Source: an uncultured delta proteobacterium
GTDB taxonomy: Bacteria > Desulfobacterota > BSN033 > UBA1163
Length of the DNA: 64,000 nt
Assembly: GCA_963708295.1 (NCBI GenBank)
Contig: CAVPSJ010000001.1
Coordinates: 66,747 to 130,746 of the forward strand
Reading direction: 5' to 3'
The position numbers were made by a program, and so were the translations under genes. This document shows positions 41,040-51,729 of the stretch, one piece after another. Each line of letters starts with the position of its first letter. Within the stretch, counting starts at the first letter, position 1. A model generated the notes under the pieces. The model saw only the letters and a program-made list of their open reading frames with translations, had not been told where the DNA came from and did no database searches.

Positions 41040-41931
41040 TAAACCTGATATCTCCGATCTCCGACACCGAACTCCCGACTCTTTTTTCAAGCGCCCAACC
41101 CAGTCGATAGAACAAAAACCGAATCGAATAAGTTCGAAGGGTCTTTTCCATTGCCCCCATGATCTTTTTGTCATTCCCCGCATAGGCCAGGAAGAAACGC
41201 CAACGGTCCGTACGCGTGATCGACAGCCCAAGACGCCGCCACTTTTCCGCAGAACGATTGAGGCGAAGGAGATTCTTGATCTTCTCTTTGCCCGAAAGGA
41301 TCGACTTTCGATAAGAGCGATCAAAATCAATCAGGAGAAGTTGGTCTCCTGCGACAAGAATATTTTTGAGCTGAAGGTCGCCGTGAAAAAAGCCAGCTTG
41401 ATGAAATTGTCGAATAAGGAGGCCCACTGAGCGAATGGTCTTTCGCTTGCGGAAAAGATTTTCTCGCGAAGGGTGATCTCCAATTTCCTTAAAATACTGA
41501 ATGAGATCCGTAGCGTGAAGTACTTCCAGGGAAAGAAAGAAAGCCTGATAAAAAGGGAGAAAAATACGATAGTGGATGGCACCCATGGTAGGGATCGTAG
41601 GAATACCGCAGGACCGGATTTCCTCGGTTAAGGCCAGTTCCCGGAAAGATCTGGCGCCGATAAAATAAAGGTTCCCCGTGATGGCTCGTAATAGCCCCCC
41701 GTGCGAATACTTCCGAAGAACCATTCTTTTCCCCTCCTCGAAAGGGATGGAGGGATGGGGGGTTCGACCGTTGAAATAGTGAGTTGTCTGACGGCTTTTT
41801 TCGAGAAAGGTCTTTAAATCATCGATTCCCTGCGCGAGGAGAAGGGTTTTGTACTCTTCCTTGAGCAGAAGAGAAACCTTTCCTTTTTGAATCAGGGAAA
41901 AGGAGGCGGGAATTTGAATATGCTTAAACAT
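41029..41931 (-). CDS. Lipopolysaccharide/Kdo kinase family protein (InaA/KdkA-like)
   Basis: RKYSHGG, RSFREL, HGDLQLKNIL, LIDFDR, NLLRLNRS. Confidence 0.82.
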   Translation of the reverse strand: MFKHIQIPASFSLIQKGKVSLLLKEEYKTLLLAQGIDDLKTFLEKSRQTTHYFNGRTPHPSIPFEEGKRMVLRKYSHGGLLRAITGNLYFIGARSFRELALTEEIRSCGIPTIPTMGAIHYRIFLPFYQAFFLSLEVLHATDLIQYFKEIGDHPSRENLFRKRKTIRSVGLLIRQFHQAGFFHGDLQLKNILVAGDQLLLIDFDRSYRKSILSGKEKIKNLLRLNRSAEKWRRLGLSITRTDRWRFFLAYAGNDKKIMGAMEKTLRTYSIRFLFYRLGWALEKRVGSSVSEIGDIRFTGC

Positions 41932-42186
41932 TTTGATTGAACCTTAACATTGTAAGAAGATCTCACTACACGGACAGGGAAATCCCGCCTCCTGCGGGCT
42001 CCGGAGCCTTGAACAGCAGTTTGCCCATAACCGATTATACAACTGTAAGGTAAAGTAATGGAATCGCCAGGGTTTGTCAACTGATGAACCCGATGGAGTA
42101 GCCCCCCCAAGAAGGTTCCCTGTCAATTGACAAGGGAAGGAGTTTATTATATTTTAAGCAATACTTCATCCAGAGAGGGGAACCTT

Positions 42187-43626
42187 GTGGAATATGAACC
42201 CGTGATTGGCCTAGAAGTCCATGCCCAGCTCCTGACACGATCGAAGATCTTCTGCGGGTGTTCCACTGCATTTGGGGAAGAACCTAACACGCAGACCTGT
42301 CCTGTCTGTACAGGACAACCGGGCTCTCTTCCTGTCGTGAATCGGAAGGCGGTAGAGTTTGCCATCAAATTGGGGCTGGCCACGTCCTGCCGGATTGCTC
42401 CTTTTAGCATTTTTGCCAGAAAAAATTATTTTTATCCTGACCTTCCAAAAGGCTACCAGATTTCCATGTATGAGCATCCACTTGCCGAGAATGGTTTTGT
42501 CGAGATCACGTTTGAGGGACAGAGGAGACGGATTCATCTCATCCGGATTCATATGGAAGAGGACGCCGGGAAGTTGAAGCATGGCGAGACGCCCGAGACA
42601 GCCTCGTTTAGCTACGTGGATTTTAATCGCACAGGGGTCCCCTTGGTCGAGATTGTGAGCGGACCGGACATTCGGTCTCCCCAGGAGGCGGGCGACTATC
42701 TAAGAAAACTTCGGGCCATTCTGCAATATCTGGAGATCTGTACCGGGGATATGGAGAAGGGGACATTTCGATGCGACGCCAATGTTTCGGTTCGGCCAAA
42801 GGGTCGAAAGGAATTCGGGACAAGGACAGAATTGAAGAACATGAACTCTTTCCGGCATGTAGAGAAGGCGTTAGAGTACGAAATCAAGCGCCAGACAGCG
42901 CTGTTGGAGGAGGGCGAGGAGGTCATTCAGGAAACCAGGCTCTGGGATGTGGGTCAGGGGGTGAGCGTTTCGATGAGGGGAAAAGAAGAGGCTCATGATT
43001 ATCGCTATTTTCCCGACCCCGATCTTGTCCCTTTGAAAGTTGAAGAAAATTGGGTCGAAGAGATTCGTAAAAGCCTTCCTGAGCTTCCGGACGAAAAAAA
43101 GGAACGGTTTTTGCGGGAATACCAGATTCCTGAATATGACGCTGAGATCCTCACCTCCACAAAAGCCATGGGAGTTTACTACGAGGAATGTGTCCACCTT
43201 TTTCCGGAACCCAAGACCGTCAGCAACTGGATGATGGGAGAGCTTCTCAGGGAGTTAAAACATGATGAGAGAGAGATCGATCAATGCCCCGTCACTCCTC
43301 AGCATCTGGCAGGAATGCTCACGATGATGAAAGGGGGGACGATCAGCGGAAAGATCGCAAAAGACGTCTTTGAAGAAATGTACCGGACGGGCGAGCGCCC
43401 GGAGAAGATCGTTCAAGACAAGGGATGGGTTCAAATTCAGGATGAGGGAGAAATCGAAAAAGCCATAGAAGAAGCAATAAAGGCTAATCCGAAGCAGGTG
43501 GAGGATTATCGAAAAGGCAGGGAGAAACTGTTCGGCTTTTTTGTGGGAGAAGTGATGAAACAGACCAAAGGAAAGGCAAATCCCAAACTGGTCAATGAAC
43601 TGCTAAGAAAGAAACTAAAAGGTTGA
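42187..43626 (+). CDS. gatB: Asp/Glu-tRNA amidotransferase subunit B
   Basis: [41 protein letters not shown]. Confidence 0.97.
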   Translation: MEYEPVIGLEVHAQLLTRSKIFCGCSTAFGEEPNTQTCPVCTGQPGSLPVVNRKAVEFAIKLGLATSCRIAPFSIFARKNYFYPDLPKGYQISMYEHPLAENGFVEITFEGQRRRIHLIRIHMEEDAGKLKHGETPETASFSYVDFNRTGVPLVEIVSGPDIRSPQEAGDYLRKLRAILQYLEICTGDMEKGTFRCDANVSVRPKGRKEFGTRTELKNMNSFRHVEKALEYEIKRQTALLEEGEEVIQETRLWDVGQGVSVSMRGKEEAHDYRYFPDPDLVPLKVEENWVEEIRKSLPELPDEKKERFLREYQIPEYDAEILTSTKAMGVYYEECVHLFPEPKTVSNWMMGELLRELKHDEREIDQCPVTPQHLAGMLTMMKGGTISGKIAKDVFEEMYRTGERPEKIVQDKGWVQIQDEGEIEKAIEEAIKANPKQVEDYRKGREKLFGFFVGEVMKQTKGKANPKLVNELLRKKLKG

Positions 43627-43642
43627 GTTGCGATTAGGTGTT

Positions 43643-44705
43643 ATGAAATTCAAAACCATCGAATGGAAACAGAGACCGGGTAAGGATACTCGATCAGAGG
43701 AAGCTTCCTCAGGAGGTCCGGTATCTGGATTGCCGGAACGCCTCTTCTGTGGCGCGAGCCATTCGAACCATGGCCATCCGTGGGGCGCCCGCAATCGGGG
43801 TAGCGGCCGCCATGGGAATTGCCCTTGCAGCAAGGGGGATTCGATCCAACCAGCCCGAGAGGTTCCAAAAGAGTCTCGAAAGGGTTTGTGATGAAATGAG
43901 CCAGACGAGACCCACCGCAGTCAACCTCTTCTGGGCAGTGAACCGGATGAGAAAGGTGTTGAATTTGGTCCACGGGGACGGGGTTGGAAAGACGAGGCGT
44001 CGTTTGATAGAGGAGGCTTTGCGAATCTTCAAAGAGGACGTGGAGGTTAACAAAAAAATTGGAGAGAATGGGAAGCGACTGATTCACACCGGGGATGGAA
44101 TCCTGACGCATTGTAATGCCGGGGCGCTGGCCACGGGTGGATTCGGAACGGCACTCGGTGTGATTTATGCGGCGCGGGACGAAGGGAAACAGTTTCGGGT
44201 CTTTGTGGATGAAACCAGACCCATGCTCCAGGGGTGCAGGCTGACGGCCTGGGAACTGGTTCAGGAAAAGATCCCGGCGACGCTCATTACCGACAGTATG
44301 GCAGGCGTGTTAATGAGAAAGGGTTCGGTTCATCTGGTCGTGGTGGGTGCGGACCGGATTGCAAGAAATGGGGATACGGCCAATAAAATTGGGACCTACG
44401 GACTTGCCGTTCTCTCGAAATCTCATGGCATTCCTTTTTACGTGGCTGCCCCAACCTCCACCCTCGACCTGTCTTTAACTTCGGGAGAAGAGATACCGAT
44501 TGAGGAAAGGAACATTTCAGAAGTGACCCATTTTCGCGGGCACCCTATTGCTCCCGAAGGCGTGGAAGTCTTTAATCCCGCTTTTGACGTAACTCCCCAC
44601 TCCCTCATCCATGGCATCATCACGGAGAAAGGGATCATTCGGAAGCCTTTCGGAAGAAATCTTAGGAGGATAAAGGCCTCCCCTGGCTTAGGAAGAACCC
44701 AATAG
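43643..44705 (+). CDS. mtnA: S-methyl-5-thioribose-1-phosphate isomerase; 1-nt frameshift near 43672
   Basis: MKFKTIEWK + ILDQRKLP in the shifted frame; RGAPAIG, RPTAVNL, THCNAG, GADRI, NKIGTY, NPAFD. Confidence 0.9.
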
Positions 44706-44712
44706 GTCCCGC

Positions 44713-44840
44713 AATCACAAATCCCAATGGACAAATTCCAAATCCCAAATAAATTCCAATTTTCAAGACCAAATGACCAAAACGATTTTGTCCCCCTCAC
44801 CCTTTCCCTCTCCCCGCTGGGGAGAGGGTGGGGTGAGGGG
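44713..44840. repeat. Heptamer tract (AAATTCC family) followed by a GC-rich REP-like hairpin
   Basis: AAATTCC AAATCCC AAATAAATTCC..; hairpin CCCCTCACCC..CCCTCTCCCC GCT GGGGAGAGGG..GGGTGAGGGG (44793-44840). Confidence 0.7.
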
Positions 44841-44931
44841 AAATTCGGAGCATCTTTGGAGAGAATATTTTGTGATTCGCTTAACAAAGGGAGCGCGTTG
44901 ACCCATTGGGCAACGAGGGTGCTCTAACGCC

Positions 44932-45747
44932 ATGATGAAGAACTCAATTATTACCCTTCTTACCGATTTTGGGACCCAAGATCATTATGTGGCATCGATA
45001 AAGGGCGTGATCTTGAAGATCAACCCGCGGTGCCACCTGATCGATATTACCCACCAGGTACGCCCCCACGATATTTGGGGAGGAGCTTTTATCCTGGCTA
45101 ATGCTTATTCCTTTTTTCCAAAAGGCACCATCCATCTTGCCGTGGTCGATCCGGGGGTGGGAGGAGCAAGAAAGCCTCTTCTTCTCGTGACCCCCCAATA
45201 CTGTTTCGTCGGCCCTGACAACGGCCTTTTTACGATGGTGACCCAGAAGGAAAGGGTGAAACAGATCATCACGCTCGATAGGCAGAAGTATCATCTTTCA
45301 AAAGTCAGCACGACGTTTCATGGGAGAGATGTCTTTGCGCCGGTCGCTGCGCATCTCTCGCTGGGTGTCAAGCCCATGGCCCTGGGTCATAAGATCGACT
45401 CATTGGAAGGGTTAGGGGTTGAGGGACCTATCGTCAAAAAAAAGGAATTGCTGGGAGAGGTTCTCCATGTCGATATCTTCGGGAACCTCGTCAGTAACAT
45501 TGATGAGAGAGCATTTTTTCGGTTCACTCGCGGGCGTCCTTTTATCATTCGGGCAGGCGGAAAGACCATACGCGGTTTGAAGAAGGGCTACGGGGAAGGA
45601 AAGAAAGATGAGCCGATTGCCCTTCTGGGAAGCGGCGGTTTTCTCGAAATCTCCATCAGGGAAGCGAGTGCGCAAAAGGTCCTGAAGGTAAAGAGAGGAG
45701 ACCGTATCGAAATAAGCACCAAATTCCAAGCATCAAACTCCAAATAA
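44932..45747 (+). CDS. SAM hydroxide adenosyltransferase (DUF62; chlorinase/fluorinase family)
   Basis: LLTDFG, VVDPGVG, GPDNG, TFHGRDVF. Confidence 0.88.
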   Translation: MMKNSIITLLTDFGTQDHYVASIKGVILKINPRCHLIDITHQVRPHDIWGGAFILANAYSFFPKGTIHLAVVDPGVGGARKPLLLVTPQYCFVGPDNGLFTMVTQKERVKQIITLDRQKYHLSKVSTTFHGRDVFAPVAAHLSLGVKPMALGHKIDSLEGLGVEGPIVKKKELLGEVLHVDIFGNLVSNIDERAFFRFTRGRPFIIRAGGKTIRGLKKGYGEGKKDEPIALLGSGGFLEISIREASAQKVLKVKRGDRIEISTKFQASNSK

Positions 45748-45856
45748 ACTTCAATATACAGAATTCGAAACTTCTCTAGGATAAGTTCTTTTTGGTCCGT
45801 TTAAAATTGGTATTTGGAAATTATTTGGGATTTGCGTTTTGGGATTTGGAATTTGG
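45713..45856. repeat. Imperfect heptamer-repeat palindrome (AAATTCC / GGAATTT family)
   Basis: AAATTCC AAGCATC AAACTCC AAAT ... ATTTGGG ATTTGCG TTTTGGG ATTTGGA ATTTGG. Confidence 0.7.
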
Positions 45857-45911
45857 CGACTTCCCATAGGTATTTACAGGTTAGATAACTAAGAGGAAGG
45901 TAAAGCACGCG

Positions 45912-47054
45912 ATGGTATCAAAGAAATCTCAGGAAATTCCTCCCTTTATTGTGATGGATGTTCTGGAGAAGGCCCAAGAACTCGAGAGAAAAGGGGAGCA
46001 TATCATCCATCTGGAAGTGGGGGAGCCGGATTTCGACACGCCGGAGTGTATCAGCGAAGCAGGCTACCGTGCGATCTGCGACGGGAAAACCCATTATACA
46101 CACAGCCTGGGTTTGTTCGAGCTGAGGGAGGCGATTGCAGAAGATTACTGGAAGAAATATCGGGTGAAGGTTTCGCCGGAGCAGATTCTCGTTGCCTCAG
46201 GAACCTCCCCGGCCATGCTGCTTCTTTTTTCTGCTTTGTTGGAGCCCGGGGACGAAGTCATCCTCTCCAATCCTTACTATCCATGCTATCCCAATATCAT
46301 TCGGTTTGTGGACGGATCACCCGTCTTTGTCGAGGTGCTGGAAGAAGAGGGCTTCCAGTATCTTCCACAAATGATCGAGGAAAAACTTAGGCCAAGCGTA
46401 AAGGCAATTATGATCAATTCACCCTCCAACCCTACCGGAAATGTAATGCCTGCGGAAAGAATGGAGCAGATTGCGAAACTATCCTCATTCATCATTTCTG
46501 ATGAAATCTATCACGGGCTGGTCTATGAAGGAGAAGCTCATACGATTCTCGAATTCACCGACCATGCCTTTGTCATCAACGGATTTTCAAAGCTCTACGC
46601 GATGACCGGATGGAGGCTGGGGTATGTGATTGCGCCGAAAGAGTTCATGCGGCCCATGCAAAAGATCCAGCAGAATCTTTTCATCTCGGCAAGTTCTTTC
46701 GCCCAATGGGGAGCCTTGGCGGGCCTAAAGGAGACGGAAAACGATATTGAAAAAATGAGAGAAACCTACGACCGGCGAAGGCGTTTTCTGATCCCCAAGC
46801 TGAGAGCGCTGGGATTTGGAATCACGGTGGAACCCACGGGGGCCTTTTACGTCCTGGCCAATGCAAGAAGATTTTCCAGAGATTCTTATCGCTTTGCTTT
46901 CGACATTCTAAAAGAGGCAAAGGTGGCTGTGGCGCCCGGCATCGATTTTGGAACGAATGCAGAGGGATATCTTCGGTTTTGCTACGCCAATTCTCTGGAG
47001 AATATCGAGGAAGGGATGAACAGGTTGGCAAGATATCTGGAGCGTTATAAGTAA
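45912..47054 (+). CDS. PLP-dependent aminotransferase class I/II
   Basis: GEPDF, NSPSNPTG, SDEIY, FSKLYAMTGWRLG. Confidence 0.92.
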   Translation: MVSKKSQEIPPFIVMDVLEKAQELERKGEHIIHLEVGEPDFDTPECISEAGYRAICDGKTHYTHSLGLFELREAIAEDYWKKYRVKVSPEQILVASGTSPAMLLLFSALLEPGDEVILSNPYYPCYPNIIRFVDGSPVFVEVLEEEGFQYLPQMIEEKLRPSVKAIMINSPSNPTGNVMPAERMEQIAKLSSFIISDEIYHGLVYEGEAHTILEFTDHAFVINGFSKLYAMTGWRLGYVIAPKEFMRPMQKIQQNLFISASSFAQWGALAGLKETENDIEKMRETYDRRRRFLIPKLRALGFGITVEPTGAFYVLANARRFSRDSYRFAFDILKEAKVAVAPGIDFGTNAEGYLRFCYANSLENIEEGMNRLARYLERYK

Positions 47055-47107
47055 TTGATTTCGGTAAAGCGCAGAGCGCATCGCGTCCAGAATCCAAAAT
47101 AAGAAAT

Positions 47108-47809
47108 TCACCGATCCGATTTGGCGGTGTCCAGCGCGGGAGGTACGTCGTCAGCCCATGTTCGGATAGCCTCCCAATTCCGGAAATCCCCTTCAGGAGC
47201 CCCCTTCACCTTCAATATCAGACGATAAGCAAAGGACAGTTTCTTATAATCTACCGCCCCTGCGAAAAGACCGATGTCTACTGGCTTCACCTTTGGAAAT
47301 TGCTTGAGAACCGGATCGAGAAAGCCCGATGCCTTGCGCCGGTTTTCCAGGGTGTCATCCTTCATGGTCAGGCAGACGGCAAAGTACGCCACGGGTAGTC
47401 GACTCAGTGTGTCCTGATGGGTCTTTACAAACGCTACAGCCTCGGGCAACCACTTACCCATACGAATGGCGCTGCCTACCACCAAAGCCTGATAAGGGCT
47501 GAGATCAACCACGTCCTTCACGGGGCGAACGTCCACTTTTGCTCCCGCCTTGGACAATATCTGTCCGATGGCCTCAGCCACGCCCTCCGTAGATCCGCAC
47601 CGGCTCCCATGGGCGATGAGTATTCTCTTCTTCATCTTTCCATCCTTTCCGGAACCCGGATCCTGGAATTTTACTGCCGATCGGTGGGTTTCCAACCCAA
47701 TCCCTTTGTCATAAGTCAGTGTCAGTGTACTGATCGCTCCGCCGACCAGGAATAAGAAACCCCGTCGACCCATCCCGGTCTTTCCGCTCATACATTCCTC
47801 CTTCCTCAT
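47108..47809 (-). CDS. Flavodoxin-domain protein (HemG-like) with twin-arginine leader
   Basis: GRRGFL; SRCGST, VGSAI, GDFRNWEAIRTW. Confidence 0.75.
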   Translation of the reverse strand: MRKEECMSGKTGMGRRGFLFLVGGAISTLTLTYDKGIGLETHRSAVKFQDPGSGKDGKMKKRILIAHGSRCGSTEGVAEAIGQILSKAGAKVDVRPVKDVVDLSPYQALVVGSAIRMGKWLPEAVAFVKTHQDTLSRLPVAYFAVCLTMKDDTLENRRKASGFLDPVLKQFPKVKPVDIGLFAGAVDYKKLSFAYRLILKVKGAPEGDFRNWEAIRTWADDVPPALDTAKSDR

Positions 47810-47834
47810 TTTTCGTTAATATTTTTTATTTGCG

Positions 47835-48503
47835 CTATGCCCTATGCGCTATGCACTCTGCGAGCTGATGCGCTTTCCGCAGAGGTTCGGGAAAACGAAA
47901 TCCTTTGCAGCTTTCGAGGATGAGTTGATTGCTTGTCGAAAAATCAACACGATGACCCGGTGAAATGAAAAGAGGCTTGATGTTATCCCTGGTTCTCACG
48001 ACAGCACCCACTTTTTTCCCTTCCTTTTGAATCCATTCGAAACTTCCCCTGAGGGGGCCTGGAAGAATGAATTCACCCGACAAAGGAGTTTTGGCACAGC
48101 CGATGGACGGAAGGTTGAACCATAATCCCAAGTGTGACGCAAGTCCCATTTCTCTGGGATGGGCCATCCCTTGGCCGTCATAAATCATGACATCGGGTTT
48201 CCATCTCAGTTTCTGAAAAGCGTTGATCAGAATCGGCCCTTCCCGGAAGCTCAAAAGGCCGGGGATGTAGGGGAAAAGCGCCTTTCCGTCCGCCGTGGCG
48301 GTATCGATGATTTCCATTTCCGGAAATAAGAGAACGGCAATGGCACCGAAGAGAAGATTCCCATTTCTCGAATAAGCCGCATCTCCTCCTCCAATGGTTG
48401 TTACTTTTGAAAATGTTTTCTTCAGGATGATTCGACCCTTCAACGTCTCCTGAATCCGGATGGCTTCCTGCACACTGACGTTCCAAGAATGGAGTGGGTT
48501 CAT
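47835..48503 (-). CDS. nfi: Endonuclease V
   Basis: PYIPGLLSFRE, DGQGMAHPR, IGCAK, SPGH, PEPLRKAH. Confidence 0.92.
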   Translation of the reverse strand: MNPLHSWNVSVQEAIRIQETLKGRIILKKTFSKVTTIGGGDAAYSRNGNLLFGAIAVLLFPEMEIIDTATADGKALFPYIPGLLSFREGPILINAFQKLRWKPDVMIYDGQGMAHPREMGLASHLGLWFNLPSIGCAKTPLSGEFILPGPLRGSFEWIQKEGKKVGAVVRTRDNIKPLFISPGHRVDFSTSNQLILESCKGFRFPEPLRKAHQLAECIAHRA

Positions 48504-48565
48504 GTCGACCAAATTCTTCCCCTCCCTCGGCGGGAGGGGATTGAGGGGAGGGGATTGTATAGTTA

Positions 48566-50338
48566 TTATGGCCAAATCCGTTCGATCCGGCCCTTCTTGA
48601 CCGCCAGGATGGAGAGCGTGCGAATCGATTTACCGCCTTCTGCAAAACCCTTTAACCCGGTGACTCCTTGAAAACTCTTCACCTGTAGGAGTTCTTCTTG
48701 CATCTGAAGAGGAGAGGAGACCGACTTGGATTGCAGGATTTCTTTTATAAGTTTAGCCCCGTCATAACTCAGGGCTTCGAGGGTTTCGGGATCCCGGTGG
48801 AATGATTTTTGGAATCCCTCTACGAATTGGGAGACCCCCGGGGAGTGGTTTTTCGGAAAAAAGGTATCGACAAAAATCGCCCCTTCAGCCGCTTTTCCCC
48901 CGATGGAAATCAAGCCCGGGCCGTTCCACAAATTGGTTCCCATAAAAGTTCCTTTTACATCGAAAAAAGCCATCTGGGAAAGGATCATACCCACGCGATC
49001 GTGGGTATCCGGGATGAAAATTCCATCTACGGCAAGAAGGGGTTTGAACTCTTCTTCTTTCTTTTTCTTGGCATCGGGTTTTGAGAGGACTCTGACCTTA
49101 AAGAACCCTTTGATCTCCTGACTGAAATCTGTCTGACCCTCTTGATAGACGACGGATCCTGTGATTTTTCCGCCTCTTCGCGTGATTTCCTGGTTGAAGA
49201 GGTTTTTGAAATAGAGCCCGTAAGGAGAGTTTGGATAAAAGATGGCGAAGGTGTGAAGTTCCAACTCCTTCACCGCAAACTGAGCAAGGCTCTGGATCTG
49301 CTCATAGGGAGTGAGTGAGTTTTGAAAAACGAAATCTCTGTTACCGGCAGCGAGCTCCTTTTGTGCCAGCGTGAGAAGAGGGACTCTCAACTGCTGCGCC
49401 TTTTTTGCCGCGCTATCCACATCGATGCTGAGAAGGGGACCGATGATAGCGATCACTTTTTCCACGTTCACCAGTTCTTCGACTGCCTTCCCCGCCTCTT
49501 CCGGATCCGCTTTGGAATCGCGGATGGCCAGTGAGATCAAAGGGGCATCGGTTTCCCTTATCGCCGATTGGATCCCCTGCAGGGCCCTTTCTCCAAAGGG
49601 ACCATTCATTCCGGTTAAAGGGAGAATGACCCCCACGGTATATTTGGATTTGGCAGAGGGAGAGACGGTTTCATAGAGCCCTCTTGCCTGGACGAGATAG
49701 TCCATGCCTCGATATTCTTGCTCTAATTCCCCTAAGTATCTTTTGGCGACCGGATCGTTTCCTTGAGCCTTCGCCATCTGGGCCAACCTTAATTTGGCAT
49801 ACCCCCCTGCATAGGCTCCGCGGTAGAGGGATTCGATGGACTTTAATTCTTCTTCTGTATGAGAGGCATCCAGAATGAATTTTACCTTCTTCCTCAGTTC
49901 TTCGCTGGGCGGGCCGGGAGTGAGAAGACCCTTTCCGTACCAATGGAGGGCCGTGAGCGGCTCCTTTGATTCAAGGTAGTTGTCCCCCAACAGAGTGAAG
50001 ACCTGGACCATCCGGGACGAGGAAAGGAATGTAGAAAAGAGTTCGTTCAGGATGCGGATGGCATCTTGAGGCCTCTTGAGTCGCGTATAACATATGCCCA
50101 TCCTGAATTTTGCTTCGTTCAGGAGAGGACTTTGGGGGAAGTCTGTCGTCAAGCTCTTAAAGCGCCAAAGGGCCTTTTCCGTGTCGCCTTTTGCAAGAAG
50201 GACCTCTCCTTCCCTGAAGAGAACCGAATCATCGGGTTGGGGCTGAGAGAGAGAGAGGCTTGGCAAGAGGAGCAAGAATAGCAACGCAAGGAAAGACTTC
50301 CATCGTCTATTATTCAGGATGATCGGTTGAAGTAACAT
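48566..50338 (-). CDS. TPR + periplasmic binding-fold protein (LpoA/penicillin-binding protein activator-like)
   Basis: Signal peptide, TPR region, GVILPLTG, IIGPLLS, FQGVTG; start uncertain. Confidence 0.75.
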   Translation of the reverse strand: MLLQPIILNNRRWKSFLALLFLLLLPSLSLSQPQPDDSVLFREGEVLLAKGDTEKALWRFKSLTTDFPQSPLLNEAKFRMGICYTRLKRPQDAIRILNELFSTFLSSSRMVQVFTLLGDNYLESKEPLTALHWYGKGLLTPGPPSEELRKKVKFILDASHTEEELKSIESLYRGAYAGGYAKLRLAQMAKAQGNDPVAKRYLGELEQEYRGMDYLVQARGLYETVSPSAKSKYTVGVILPLTGMNGPFGERALQGIQSAIRETDAPLISLAIRDSKADPEEAGKAVEELVNVEKVIAIIGPLLSIDVDSAAKKAQQLRVPLLTLAQKELAAGNRDFVFQNSLTPYEQIQSLAQFAVKELELHTFAIFYPNSPYGLYFKNLFNQEITRRGGKITGSVVYQEGQTDFSQEIKGFFKVRVLSKPDAKKKKEEEFKPLLAVDGIFIPDTHDRVGMILSQMAFFDVKGTFMGTNLWNGPGLISIGGKAAEGAIFVDTFFPKNHSPGVSQFVEGFQKSFHRDPETLEALSYDGAKLIKEILQSKSVSSPLQMQEELLQVKSFQGVTGLKGFAEGGKSIRTLSILAVKKGRIERIWP

Positions 50339-50849
50339 AGTAAACCTCGGGTAAATGGCGATAGTTTTCATTAAAGTCAATCCCGTAGCCCACGATAAAC
50401 ACGTCATTCACCTCGGTTCCAAGATAGTCCGCCTCCATCTCAACCTCTCTGCGAGCTTTCTTGTCCAACAGGGCGCATATCTTCACGGAATGAGGGTTTG
50501 CAAGGGAGAGTCGATCCTTCAGGAACTGGAGGGTTCGGCCGCTGTCAATGATGTCCTCGATAATGAGAACATCCTTTCCCTCAATCGGGATCTCAATATC
50601 CTTGGTGATTTCGATGACGCCGGAGGTTTTCATTCCAGACCTGTAACTGGCTAACCGGACGAAATCAACCTGGACGGGTATCCGAAGATGCCGGACCAGA
50701 TCGGAAAGAAACATGAAGGCCCCCTTCAGAATACAGACCAGCACCAATTCTCTACCGCCATAATCCTTCGAGATTTGATCGGCCAGGCGTTGAATGATGG
50801 AAGCAATCTGGTCCTGAGAGAGCAGTGGGTTAAGACGATATCCTTCCAT
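50310..50849 (-). CDS. hpt: Hypoxanthine phosphoribosyltransferase
   Basis: ILKGA, IIEDIIDSGRT, VGYGID..YRHLP. Confidence 0.95.
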   Translation of the reverse strand: MEGYRLNPLLSQDQIASIIQRLADQISKDYGGRELVLVCILKGAFMFLSDLVRHLRIPVQVDFVRLASYRSGMKTSGVIEITKDIEIPIEGKDVLIIEDIIDSGRTLQFLKDRLSLANPHSVKICALLDKKARREVEMEADYLGTEVNDVFIVGYGIDFNENYRHLPEVYYVTSTDHPE

Positions 50850-50923
50850 ATGGTTACCCCGTGAGGATAGGGAAGCCAGCGCAACTCATAACTCACCATT
50901 CATCACTCAAAACTCAAAATGAG

Positions 50924-51235
50924 TTACCTTTTTTTTCTCAACTTACGCTGAACCGCCTTCTTTTTCCCTTCCAGGGTGCCTTTCTTGTCTCTACGGTCAT
51001 CGATCTTCATGGAGGTCACGACTCGTTGGGCTCCTTTTTTGAAAGGGACCTGATGCATGTTGAGGGCAATTTTGAACAGATCTTTGAGGTCTCCCTCAAT
51101 GTTTGTTCCCATGGATGAAAGTTCATACCGCACTTTCTCTTTCTTCAACAGTCGAAGGCAATCTGCCACATAAGCACTGAGGCTCGTATCACCGGTGCCA
51201 ATGGGTACGACGCTGATTTCTAAAATGGCCATCAT
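50924..51235 (-). CDS. MTH1187/DUF77 thiamine-binding family protein
   Basis: ISVVPIG..SLSAYVA, MGTNIEG, KIDDRRDK. Confidence 0.88.
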   Translation of the reverse strand: MMAILEISVVPIGTGDTSLSAYVADCLRLLKKEKVRYELSSMGTNIEGDLKDLFKIALNMHQVPFKKGAQRVVTSMKIDDRRDKKGTLEGKKKAVQRKLRKKR

Positions 51236-51592
51236 TCTCCTCCATTCTGAAAATCGGAAGTGTCTGAGTAGGATGATTTAGAAATTAGCATCAACTCGAT
51301 AAGTTGTCAACGGTGTCAAAAAAAGGTAGGGTCGACTTAAAGTTGGTATGCTGAAAAAACCTCTTGCCTTCAAGCAAGGGTGGTTTTGCTCGAATGGGGG
51401 TCTTTGTGGGTATCGCGAAAAACACTTTCTGCCGAGACTCTAAGAGGTCAGGGTGCTCTTGATGGAGATGGAATAGCAGCCCCCTCCTAGATGACTACCA
51501 TCCAACTTTAGAAACCTGTTGGAGGAGAAAAATAAATAATATCTTTTGAAATCAATGGATTAATAATAGGTCTGAGCATTTCAAAAAAAAGC

Positions 51593-51637
51593 TTGACATT
51601 CTTTTTTTCTTTATGATAGTTTTTGACCTACCGGTCA
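51593..51637 (+). promoter_or_regulatory. Putative promoter with downstream palindromic operator
   Basis: TTGACA (51593), -10-like GATAGT (51615-51620), TGACC-TACC-GGTCA (51624-51637). Confidence 0.55.
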
Positions 51638-51729
51638 GTAGATAAAGCTAGTCAAAGGGGGAAGAGCGGGCAGTTTTATGAAACGTTTCGTGGGGACTAC
51701 CGAGAAATAACAATTGAAGGAGGTTAAAA

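Noticed and set aside
44932-45747. Halogenase (fluorinase/chlorinase)
   Set aside because: TFHGRD signature fits the hydrolase (DUF62) branch
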